From positions 7,812,001 through 7,876,000 of the forward strand of contig JAQFVV010000006.1 in assembly GCA_028023455.1 (NCBI GenBank): DNA of 64,000 bases, read 5' to 3'. Below, piece by piece: positions 26,713-38,427 of this stretch. The position numbers were made by a program, and so were the translations under genes. Numbering within the stretch: position 1 is the stretch's first letter; each line of letters opens with the position of its first letter. The notes beneath the pieces are model-generated. The model saw only the letters and a program-made list of their open reading frames with translations, did no database searches and was not told where the DNA came from. The stretch is from Epiperipatus broadwayi. Its lineage: Eukaryota; Animalia; Onychophora.

Positions 26713-28068
26713 GTTTAAAAGCTTAAGAAAGAAAGTTAACTGTTTAAAGTGCTTGCCACTATTTTATAAGAAAAGGGATGAAAATTATGATTTAGGTAGA
26801 TTGATCATCAAACAAAAAAGGTAAAACTAGAAAACACCCATACATCATTTGAATCTTTCAGCTTATTACAGTATTACAAATAAGAGCAGTTTTTCATTGT
26901 CTAACCTAGTGACATCTAGTGTAATCTACATTAACCAGTGGGTCGTTACCATATGGTAATGTCATTTACTACCTATTTCCAACCATATTAAGCTATTTCC
27001 TGATAGTAAGAAAGGATTTAAAGTTGGCTGCAGATACATACTTGCTTTGGCTCCTATTTTGAATCCCATGTTCTGATTGATAATGGAAAAATCCAAAAAC
27101 TGGTCTGGGAACAGAGATTAAATTGCATGACTAGTGGTTAAATATTGATTTCTCAAGCTTACAAAACATGTCACTAAAGAGTAAAAAAGAGAACTGTTCT
27201 TATGCGCAGATAATTAGTAAATCCATAATCTGATTTTAAATTTTATTTTAATTGGCTTTATTAATTATTATTTTTTTAACATATGACTGTTCAAAATTAA
27301 ATTTCACTATGTTACTTAAATAAATGAAGGCTTCACCATTATCTATGGATGGTTTTTCACGGAACATATTTTTTCTTTTATTAGCTATCTGAAATTAAAT
27401 TATGTCAACATTATTAATATTCATTTGGTTTTTTTTAAAACGCAGACCATACTATCCTGAAGAAAAATAATGATTGAAATATCAGTAAGAAATTTTCAAA
27501 AACATACCTAATCACATGTCCATTTACAGATTTTTCACTATGTAAATAATTTCTAGTTAGTCTTTCCATATCATGTAAACCTAAATAAACATTTGATGTC
27601 TTTAAATATCATTTTTGCATTCCTGGCTTGAAATGTGTCATCATTTCATCATGTAAATTCTTTTTGTGAAGAAGATGCCCCTATTACGGAGAAGCTAGTA
27701 TCATCCAAAGTGATTGGTATATCCTTACGTGTCATAAAAGAATTTAATTTCATGCTTAAATGTGTATTGAAAAAATATTATTTTAAACAATATAACCCTT
27801 CTTTTATTATATAGCTTTCAAATTAGCACCTTAGCTTATTCATATCACAACTATTCATTCGCCAAAAAATCAGACCAACCACTCACACTGCAGATACATT
27901 TAAAACAAACTTTTTCAAGTAATCGATATAGCACATGTTATAATTTTAACTTAATATACATGATTTTTAGATACTTATATATATATATTTAAATACAACT
28001 CAAATCTACTCTGTCACACATTATGGAAATGTACAATTAAAGACATAAAAAAGAAAGATAATTCACAA

Positions 28069-28335
28069 GCTATGCATTCTGTGCTGAACCAGCACTCAAT
28101 TAATTGGCCTAAATTATGATCCCTCACATCTTCATTATGTGTTCAATATATGGAGAGAGCAAATAGCTATAGTTTCATTGACAGGTTACAAATTTTCTGC
28201 ATTCACAATTTTGATACAAACTACTTTATGAAAATATATTGATAACTTTTACTAGTCATTTATTAAGATAGACATTATCCCTAGCCCAAATATATACTTT
28301 AAGTCTCACTTAATGAATAATATATTTGCAGTATT
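28069..28335 (-). mobile_element. Family A2 partial copy
   Basis: Reverse complement contains stem II gtgctggttcagcac and the A2 body (ttatcaatatatt..agtagtttgtatcaaaattgtg). Confidence 0.65.
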
Positions 28336-29229
28336 GTAAAGGTATTAATACCATATCACATGATAATAGCCAAAGAAATGACTCATCCATTTCAATTAAT
28401 CTTACAGACATGTAAATTAATCTCTTTGACTTGGTCTTCTTTTAGTTGACCAGGATTGCTTTTAAATTTTGTAACAATGAATATTGAAATATCTACAAAA
28501 GTTAATTCCAAACCCTATTGGATGTACACAAGGTGATCCGGATGTAGTCACTGCATATATGGATCCCTTAAATTGATATAAAATCATTCCTATTAGATTA
28601 GCATTGGTCTGGCAAAATCATTAGTTCACCTTGTACTAGGACACTAAGAAAAATGCTTGTTTTAATATCCAGTTGATTTGATCCACCTTTAGTTGACCTT
28701 GATTGCCTGTAAACTTTGTAACTATATATATTACCATATTGTTCTTTTTTTATGTTAATTAGAAAACTTAATTCAAATTCCTATCAAATGGACACACTGT
28801 GATCTGGGTGGGCAGGTCGGCATTTTGTAGTCATTGCGCATCCGGAACCTCAACCTTCATTCAACTTTGTTATTGGGGTATGAATAAAATTTGGGGGTTT
28901 TAATTAATAAATCACAATAATTTCTTGTCAGTCATTCCATATCATGAAAACCTAAATAAACATTTGATGTGTTTATATATAATACTAACACTCCTGAGTT
29001 GAAATGCCTCATTATTGCGTTCTTGTGTAAACTCTTTTTGTATATAAATACTCGTATTACAAAAAATTTAATATTATCAAGAGGGTATGTAATATTCTCA
29101 CACATCATAAAAGAATTTAATTTCAAGTTTAAATAGGTATTAGAAAATATTATCTTCTCCTAATAAACGACTTTTATTATATATATATATATATTAAATC
29201 GAAGATTTTCACAAGCTACAGAAATAAAT

Positions 29230-31010
29230 AAAATATCCGCGTACATCCGTATATAATTTATTGAAAGTATATAGAATATATTTATGAAGACAATAAAGCC
29301 AAATACTCAAGGCTTCAATAGGTTTATAAATGTAGATGATAGCAATCAATCCTTATACTATCAACAATCTCAACCTGTAGTCAAGGCAACCTCCTTTAAC
29401 AATAAAGGTGGCGCCACCTTTATCTATGGTCTGATATATTTATATAGACACTAAAGATTGCAACTTGACCAAGGAGTCTGAGATTAATAATGCAAAAAAG
29501 TTTAAACAAACCTCATTACTCGGGCAAATATAACCTGTTCTGAAAGTAGATTAATAAATAGTCATTTATAACTTCCAAATTCCATATAAAATATATATTT
29601 ACTAAGACAATAAAGTCAGTTATTCAAGACTTTAATAGGTTTATAAATATAGATGATAATAAATAACTCTTAAGCTATCAACAGTCTCAATCCGTAGTCA
29701 AGGCAAACTTCTTTGCATTATTAATCTCACATTCCTTGGTCAAGTTGGTGTCTATATAAATAAATCAGACCATAAATAAAGGTGATACCACCTTTATTGA
29801 TAAAGAAGGTTGCACTGTTGGAGAATGTTTTGGTATTAGAAAAATCAACGCTATGGTCAGCATTTATAGCATAAAAAGAATATGCTGCTGCTGATGAGTG
29901 CTTTTTAACTCCATTAATATATTCATCTCATCTAGCATAGATGTGATGATTACTCATACCTATATAGGAAGCTTTACAAATCGAAAACGCAATGTATGGG
30001 TAAGACATCAAACAGGTGTTACTGACCTTATTGAAAAAATTAAAAGATTGAAATGGAGTTGGGCTGGACATATTGCTAAAAGAGATGATAATAGATGGAC
30101 AATTGAAATTTTAAACTGGATGCCAAGAGATTGTAAAAGACCCAGAAAGAGACCACATGTGAGATGGATGGATGAAATAAGAAAATGTGCAGGGGTGTTG
30201 TGGAGAAGAGAAGCTAAAGATCAGAGAAGATGGATTAAACTTGGAGAGACCTTCATCCTGCAGTGGATTGATAATGGTTGATGATGATGATGAAAAATGC
30301 TACATGGAATTTCATAAACTCCATGGGCTTCAAGAGGGACTGAATCCTTAGGCTTCATTATAATGGTATTAATTTTTTGATAAGTGGTATATGTTGTCTT
30401 TATATAATAATGTCTTAGAAAATGTCCAATATTGTCTGTAGTTACTTTTACATAAGGAATACAAACTCTTAATAGTTGTTTCTTTTTGTTTTTTATTTTA
30501 TTTTGATTGTTTAAAGTTTGGATTAAGGCTTGGTGTATTAATTTATTATTATAGCCATTAGCTGACAAGACATTTCTTGTATGATTAGTTAGATTAGAAA
30601 ATTGCTTTCTATTTAAAAATTTAAAAAAAAAACAACTCAATTTAAATAATTTATTATAATTATTATTTCTATTAATAGAATGTTCATTATTGTTATACAT
30701 TATTGTTATATGTCAGTGTTTACAACGCCTCTACAAATATTTTATAATATATGTTAATCAGTGGATGACCAGTGTGACCTGGTCAAAACAACGTTTCATA
30801 TATATATATATATTCAATAATTTATATACGGATTCACCCACATATTTCATTTATATATATATTACATGATAACAGCTTAAGTTCATCAACAGCAGAAATC
30901 TTCAGTCTGCGTCAAAGCAAAACCTCTATGAATAAACGATGAGTTCATTGTGGTTACCTTGACAACAGAGTGAAGATTGCTAGTGTTGAAAAGTTTGGGC
31001 TTTTAGCACG
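29230..31010 (-). mobile_element. Penelope-like element remnant (RT-to-EN linker + GIY-YIG) with duplicated/inverted terminus, split by an RTE insertion
   Basis: ORF 30221-30700 ends IPYV...GVYEIPCS; minus strand 29981-29815 continues CKASYIG...R.DEY...SAAA...DHSVDFSNTK; 29290-29815 holds tandem and inverted terminal copies. Confidence 0.75.
29982..30294 (+). mobile_element. 5'-truncated RTE LINE, intact reading frame, (GAT)n tail, AAAT TSD
   Basis: RKRNVWVRHQTGVTDLIEKIKRLKWSWAGHIAKR...; aaat at 29978-29981 and 30295-30298. Confidence 0.9.
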
Positions 31011-32126
31011 TGATCGTTCTAGCTTTATGTATATGAAAATGTCACTCTAACAAATGCTCATCGAGTAACTCCTTTCAAAAATACTCTGATCATTGCAACT
31101 GCTCTGTAATGAATCCCCAATTCTTTTTTAATTAAACAATCCACATCTCCAATCCTCCACAGCATCATTCTTTATTTCTCTTAGATGCTATCCAATTTTA
31201 ATATTTGTATAAAAGTCCTTCTTTCTCTATACTCTTGGATTTCCTAACTTACAGGCTCCTTTTTTTTTTTGTAGATTATCCTTTATTACTTCATTCAATA
31301 TTTCATCTAATTAATTCTTAATACTTCTTTCAATTTTCATTGTAATGGCCTACATTATGCTACATATGATAGTCTTACATAACTTCTTGTGTTATCTTCC
31401 TGTCTGTGTATCCTATAAAATTTAAGTCAAAGCTCTTACACTACTCTGTCCCTTATGTAATTTCCAAATCTCAAAATTGGTACTTCTCTCTCACTTAAAT
31501 ATAACAAATATCTTCAATCTCCTACATTTCCTATCTCAATTCTTAATTCTTTCTTTTCTACAATGAAATATTCTCTATACACTCATATTCGTTTTCAGAC
31601 TTGTAAGACTGCATTTGTCTTGAAATTTAGCAACCATAATTTCTCATATTTTAACATTGTAATGTGAACAACTATGTTATATAATGTCAAGAACTTACCA
31701 TCTTGCAAAAGATCCCTCTTTACATTCAATACTTCTAATGCTGCTTCTATAAAACTGAAGCTAAATATGTATTAAGCAATGCCCCTGACTAAATTCTTTA
31801 ACTACTTTAATACTTCTATTATAATTCCCATTTAAGCTTCAAATTCTGCTACTCTATCTTCTATATTATCTTCATGCAACCTATCAACAGATTTAGAGAT
31901 ATAGCCCTGATAATTTTCCATTAGTATTAAATCTAAATTCAATACCTGAATTTACTTTTGAACTTTTTCCAGCGATTATGATAAACTGAAACTATATTTT
32001 TTATTTCAAAATCTTGTGAATTACTCTTACAACTTGTTTCTATAATAAGCATGCTAATAGTACTAAACAAGTTTTTCCGATAAATGCCACAAGAGAAAAC
32101 ATTTAAAATCTCTATCTAGAATTAGC

Positions 32127-32178
32127 CCTATCCTCAAACCGGTTTCGAGCTAATGGCTCACATCAGTGAGGTACTAGG
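32127..32178 (-). ncRNA. Type I hammerhead ribozyme (B1) with one core substitution
   Basis: CCUAG-UA-CCUCA-CUGAUGU-GAGC/CAUUA/GCUC-GAAA-CCG-GUU-UGAGG-A-UAGG (A9 to U). Confidence 0.75.
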
Positions 32179-32969
32179 AACATTCAGGCACTAGATCTAA
32201 AATATCAACTCAAGCCTAGCATTTATCCAATATTTAACTATTAAGAAGAAAATTTGAAATTTTCAAACATCTATATGTCTTCAAATCCATCTATAGGGGT
32301 CTGAACAAACTTCAGCTACACAATATATTAATAGCCTTAGCAATTTAACATTGCGAAAGCCTGAAAAGCCAAACTATAATAGTAAGGAAATCAAGTCATA
32401 CATCACATGCCTTAATTTAATAAGAATGTATTACAAATGTAATATAATGAGTGTGCTAATAGCTTTAAACAAGCTTTTCTGATAAATGCCTCAAGAGAAA
32501 GGATTTACAATCTCTATCTAGAATTACCCCTATCTTCAAACTGGTTTTGAGCTAATGATTCTAATCCGTGATGCAGTAGGACATTCAGACACTAGATCTA
32601 AAATACAACCCAAGCCCAACATTTATCTAATATTTAACTATTAAGTAGAAAATCTGAAATGTTCAGACATCTATTATTAAATAGCTATAAAAGTTGAACA
32701 AACTTCAACTACACCATGTATTAGTAGCCTTAGCAATATAACATTGCCAAAATCTCAGAATCCAAACTATAATAGTAAGGAAATCAAGAAATACATCATG
32801 AGACTTAATATCCTTACTATTATAGTTTGGCTTTTGAGGCTTTGGCAATATTATCTTGCTAAGGCTATTAATATATGGTGTAGCCGAAGTTTGTTCAGAC
32901 CCATATAGCAATTTAAGTCAGATAAATGCTGGGATTGAATTGGTATTCTCGATCTAGTGTCTAAATGAC

Positions 32970-33020
32970 TTGTTCATCACTGATGAGAGCCATTAGCTTG
33001 AAACTGGTTTAGGTATAGGG
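32970..33020 (+). ncRNA. Type I hammerhead ribozyme (B1), stem I decayed
   Basis: CUGAUGA(32980)-GAGC/CAUUA/GCUU-GAAA-CUG-GUU. Confidence 0.65.
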
Positions 33021-34908
33021 ATAATTCTAGATAGAAATTTTAAATGCTTTTTCTTGCAGCATTTATCAGAAAAGTTTGTTTAGAGCTATTAGCATGCTCT
33101 TTATATTATGTTTGTAATACAATCTTTTTAAATTAAGTCATGTGATGTATGAATTGATGAATTTACTCTTACAATTTGTGTATTATTTCTCATTCTGGAG
33201 TAAGATCACCCAGCCCAAAAAATAAGTGTTAAACCTTTGTAATTGTTAAAGTAATCATATAACAAATACTCCAACTTTTTTTACAACTATTTTTCAGTTA
33301 TTCAGCTTTACATCAGTTACAATATTTTCCATTTTACTTTCTTTTCTTCACTCTTCATATGCATCAATTTCAAAAGTATAGTTTCTATTTATTCTCTTCA
33401 TAATTGAAAAAGAAGTCTTCCTAAAATAATTACTAATAAATTCCATTCTTTTTTCCTGACCTGGGTTGATTTATAGTGAGTCTAATCAAAGTGCATATTG
33501 ATTTGGATATTCTTCAAGCTTCAATTTAGTGATCATACTTCCTAGATAAAGTAGTCCTTCTATAACCATTAATATGTGTTTCTAAGCCTATGATTTCCCA
33601 AAACCATGGTTAATAGTGAATCACATGTATTAAGTATTTAACATATAACAAGTACGGAATCTAAATGTGCACATTAACACATAATTAACAAAAAATGGAA
33701 TAATAAAGTGACGAGAAAGACAGTGAAGTAATAAATCTAGAGAGAAAAAGAAAAAGCAATGACAAAACAAGGAAAGGCTGATTAAGAGATGATTCTTGAT
33801 GGGGCCCAAATAGATAGCCTTATAAAAAACAAGAATTCAAGTTTACAAATTTAATATTTCTTTGAACTATGGATTAGTGGAAACAATGGGTGGTGAGTCG
33901 GTGGATACAGAAAACTATTGTATTTCATATCTTTACTGTTTCATTCTTTTTTATTATTTCTCTTTTGACTGTTCTGCTTAACATCTTATACTTTTTCTTG
34001 TATTGCCAATCCTTATTTTGACAATAGCCCAAATATGCTTTTCTTATCACTAGCAATTTCTTTATTTGCTAATATAAATATAAAAAGTTGCTATATTTCT
34101 TATTAGTAAACTTCACCTTGTTTTTATATGAAGATTAATAAATAGCAATTGGATACCCATTCACAGATCTCTAATTGAAAGGTAGTTATGAGCTAAATAC
34201 TAGAAAGAAAAATTGGAAGCCTATTAGAAGTGTAAAAAAATTTCAATAATCTATTCTTCTTGATGCAATGACATTTGACTTATCTGTGTGACTGCATATG
34301 CTACTTTTCATCGGCATTCATACATTTCTAAATTTTTGTTTTACTATAAAGCATTTATTTCCTATTAAATTTTAAAAACCTCTTGTAATGAATGAACACA
34401 TTAAAATTCTAATTTCAAAGAAGAGCATATTTTACTAATCATTTTGGCTAAATCAAACGGTGGAGTCATGTGATCTTTGAATCACAACTCATTAGATTGT
34501 TAAGGATGGAATGTAATTGAAGCAATAGAATTGAACCCGTGGTGTACTTGCGTATTTTTATTAATGTCAAGCCAGTTGGTACCATTTCCTCACATGCAAA
34601 CTACACTGTTATTAATAATTATGAAATGTTAATTTTTACCAACAAAAACATCACATGACAACTCATTTTCTGGCATTAGCAGAAATCTTTGGCCTAGAGC
34701 CATCTACCATAAATTTTGAGTTATCAATGGATGCCAGATGGTGTAGTGTTATGTAATCCCTACCTCCGATAGACAAGTTACTAATTTTTGCCTTCATTAA
34801 TGAAGACTACAGATTCAAAGCTGGAACTCATCCACTTATTAATTAAAAACATTTTTATTTTTTTTCATTAACCCTACTTTAAAAAAACAAAAAAGTTTAA
34901 TGACAGAA

Positions 34909-35264
34909 GATTTAAACACAGAATTCAAGCACACTCTGGTTATCGACTCTATCTCATACAACAAATACCCATGACCACATACATGTGAAAAAGACAAACG
35001 ATGTCCAAAACATATATTTCATGCTGAACTGGCACTTATCAGATGGCCCAGATCATTACCTCCCATACATATTTAATATCAGCACTCAGTTTATGTTAAG
35101 ATATCAAATCCTCAAACTTTAATGGACAGGTTTCAACCTATTCTCCCCTCCAACTCTTCAGCCATCCATACCATTGAAAATCTGATGAGGGAATGCCCAA
35201 ATACGTTGTTGATGCCAATATTATTGAGATACCCATGTTAAACTTAAGTCACTCTGACCCCTCG
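34909..35264 (-). mobile_element. Family A1 copy with a decayed HHR
   Basis: Core CUGAUAA at 35036-35042 (-), then CAGCAU-GAAA-UAUAU. Confidence 0.75.
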
Positions 35265-35359
35265 TCTATAGTAATTTGTCGATATAAATATACAGAAAAG
35301 GAATAGGCAAGATACAGGTTGAATCTGTAATATTAGAATACAAGTATAATTTAATATAT

Positions 35360-35520
35360 TTGGAAATACGTATATAGGAGATCATTTGTTTTTTCACTTG
35401 TATGTGGTCACGTGTATCGGTTGTATGAGATGGTGTTGATAGCTGAAGGTTGCTTGAAAGTCTGTGTCCAAATCTGCTATAATTACATCTAATTTCCAAG
35501 TATATTAAATTATACTTGCA
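35360..35520 (+). mobile_element. Family A1 tail fragment starting at the GAAA of the ribozyme
   Basis: gaaatacgtatataggagatcattt...tgaaagtctgtgtccaaatc. Confidence 0.7.
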
Positions 35521-36287
35521 TTATAATAAAAATTTTTTAGTTAAAATAATAATACCGCAAGTATTAGAAATTTACACAACTATATATATGAATTTTTAAA
35601 ACATGGACACATGTATAGATAAAATTTATAGAATTACAACAAAAATTATAGAATTACAACAAATATCTCCTTCATCTCGCTAATATAAACAAAAATATCC
35701 CACACGCTCCTTTATATACTAAATATAAAATTATAATATAAACATTGACTTCAAGAAAGTCGTAAAATATAATTGAGGGTAGCGTTCTATATTCCTCTGC
35801 ATAATATTTTAAGCCTTTTATCATTTCAATGTTTAGATTCTGGTGATGCAAGGCAAAATATCTTAGTATTTACAGTAATTTACGTCAGTGTAATTTAATG
35901 TTTAAATTTGTAGGTTCCTATAATTTTAGTTTTCAATTATTTTGAAGTAATTGCTTAATTTTCCTTTTTTAAAAACTAGTTATATATATATATATGCAGT
36001 TGTAATCCAAATTATAGCATCGGTAATTAAAATTAAATATTTATGCACTCTGAATTAAATACATTTAATAATGTTTTGTATATAATTGATATACATATGT
36101 ATAGACAATATACATTATAAGGATATAGTAATAATACAATAGTTTTAGCACACGCACATATTCTTATTAACAAATACATCACTTTCAAATTAAATTTACA
36201 ACAGAAATGTCTTCCTTTTCTGTATGCTGTCAATGTCATTATTTTACCTCTCTCTTTGTTAGTAAGCCTGTAAGTTTAAAATGATCG

Positions 36288-36692
36288 TTTATACCTGCCA
36301 TCTCAGATAGTAAAGAGATGAGCTTTCTGACAAGTGATAATATAAATGGCTAAATTTAAATTCACATCAGGCTTAAGCAGAGTTTCATTTAATATAGTCA
36401 ACAAATAATCAATATAAAATAAGTAGCCATTTCTTTACAGTTTTAAAACCTTACGATTAGTTAATGATTAATTAATGATAATACGTAAATTTTAAATAAA
36501 CACAGTACTTTCAAATTACATAAAATGATAACGACTTCATTCCTTGTACAGAAACACTATCTTATTTTATTTTGATTATTTGTCAGTTGTAATAAGTGAA
36601 GATTATTTTTACAACCAATACAAATTTAAATTTGATCATTCAAACTATCGCAGGAATTTAATTTCTTTAAAAACTGAGATGGCGGGTATAAA
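36288..36692. repeat. 19-bp inverted repeat pair about 400 bp apart (possible MITE)
   Basis: tttatacctgccatctcag / ctgagatggcgggtataaa (18 of 19 match); no TSD seen. Confidence 0.4.
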
Positions 36693-37228
36693 TGACTGAT
36701 TTATACTGGTACAAAAAATATTGACAGCATACGATAAAGCAAATTGTTCCTTTTTTTTTTATATTTATTGTGTATTTACAATTCTGAAGAAAACTGTTGT
36801 ACAGTCAAAACTGTCAGCTTTATTGAAGAATTTTGTGAAGATATTGCTTTGTATATCTGTGTGAAAAAGTGGTAAACATTACACATATTTACATGAAAAA
36901 TATTATAAACATGTATTTGAACTTTATTAAAATTTATAACAAAGGCTAGATTCGAACTCAGACTTTCACATGACCCACTACTCTCAGTGCCATCTCATAT
37001 TGCTGACCCACCTGATCACACACATGTTAAAAAGATAAATAATCACCAATATACCTTGGCACTAACAAGGGCTTTGAACGTTCCACAATCAGATTTTCAA
37101 TGAAATGGAAGGCTGAAGAGTTGTGAGTTGGAATAGTTTGAAGCCTGTCCATTAAAGTATGAAGATTGGCTATCTTAATATAAAGCTGAGCATTGATTAT
37201 ATATGTGTGTGTTGATAGTAATCTAAAC

Positions 37229-38378
37229 CAGTGGTCTTCAACCACAGAGCCGCGGACCGGCACCAGGCCACAGAAGTTTTCAGTCGGTCTGCAGCTAGAC
37301 TAGCATAACAAAATAATAAGGTTTTAAACTTTTAATTAATATGAACAATTTTTATTTATTTTTTCATCGCATTTTTTCCCCGATTTAAAAAAAAGAAACA
37401 GAACAAAATCTAATCAATCATACATTAATTAATTTGTTTTTCTATTTATCACAGATGTTTATGGGGGGGGGGGTAGAAAAAAGTTTTTTTTTATACCAAC
37501 TCCGGTTGTCTTTTGATAGCCAATCATGGCTGCTTATCAGCGTTGTTAAAACAATAAAATGTAACATGACTTTTTTTGATCTCTTAAATTTTTTCTATGG
37601 CGATTTTTTTTTTGGCTTTAAATCAATTTTTATTATCTTTTTTTAAAAATAAAAACCAAAAAATAAGTTCTGTTTCTAACTTTTACAAAATATTTCTCAA
37701 TACACCCCCACCACCCCAAAATAAAATAAGATCAAAACTTTTGACTTTTTCAAGTTTCGTTTTCTTTTTGTTTAAAAATACGCCCACTTTTTTTTGGCCT
37801 ATAAGGCAATATTTTTTTTGGCTTTATTTGTATACCGCTAAAATACTAAAACTTTTATTTTTAAAACCAATTTCTGTTACCTTTTTTAAAAATAAAAACA
37901 AACAAAAAATAACTTTGGTGTCTATCTTTTGTCTCAGTATTTCTCACACACCCCAACACCCCCAAATAAAATAAGATCAAAACTTTTGACTTTTTCAACA
38001 TTTAGGTGAATAACATTTTATTCTTGCACGTTTTAACAATGAAATAATAAACGTAAAATGCAAGCACATTAATGAGAACGATTGTTATTGTATGTTTTCT
38101 GTAGCAATACGACTGCGCAACTTGAGAAAGAGCGTTTAGCATGTGAAGATAAATAAATCAATTATTTTATATAGCGCGATGTTTGTAAACTGTAATATTT
38201 AAACACCATTACAATACACAATAACTAGTGTGCTGTTTTGGTCAGTTAAAACAATTATGCTTATCTAAGGCTAAGCAGGTTATATCTTTAAGAAAATTTA
38301 TCTGAACTTCTGCCGGTCCGCGAAATCTTATCCTTATTTTTACCGAGCCGCAGGTGTGAAAAGGTTGAAGATCAACTG
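37229..38378. mobile_element. hAT (Charlie-like) non-autonomous element with an internal tandem duplication
   Basis: TIRs CAGTGGTCTTCAACC / GGTTGAAGATCAACTG; internal repeat at ~37640-37780 and ~37880-38000; TSD not resolved. Confidence 0.7.
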
Positions 38379-38427
38379 ATGATTGCTGGTTTAGCATGAA
38401 ATACATATATTGGTGATTATTTATCTT
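38371..38427 (+). ncRNA. Type I hammerhead ribozyme (A1); core intact, distal stem I displaced by the MITE
   Basis: AUCAA-CUGAUGA-UUGCUG/GUU/UAGCAU-GAAA-UACAU-AUA-UUGGU. Confidence 0.75.

Larger units (their letters stand above)
32045..33155. mobile_element. Family B1 array: two direct units (period 402) plus one inverted unit
   Basis: Stem III sites at 32137 and 32539; inversion junction near 32810; third core on the plus strand at 32980. Confidence 0.9.

Noticed and set aside
31050-31980. Second LINE ORF1/esterase remnant on the minus strand
   Set aside because: The purine-rich strand bias is LINE-like, but no motif could be read with confidence.
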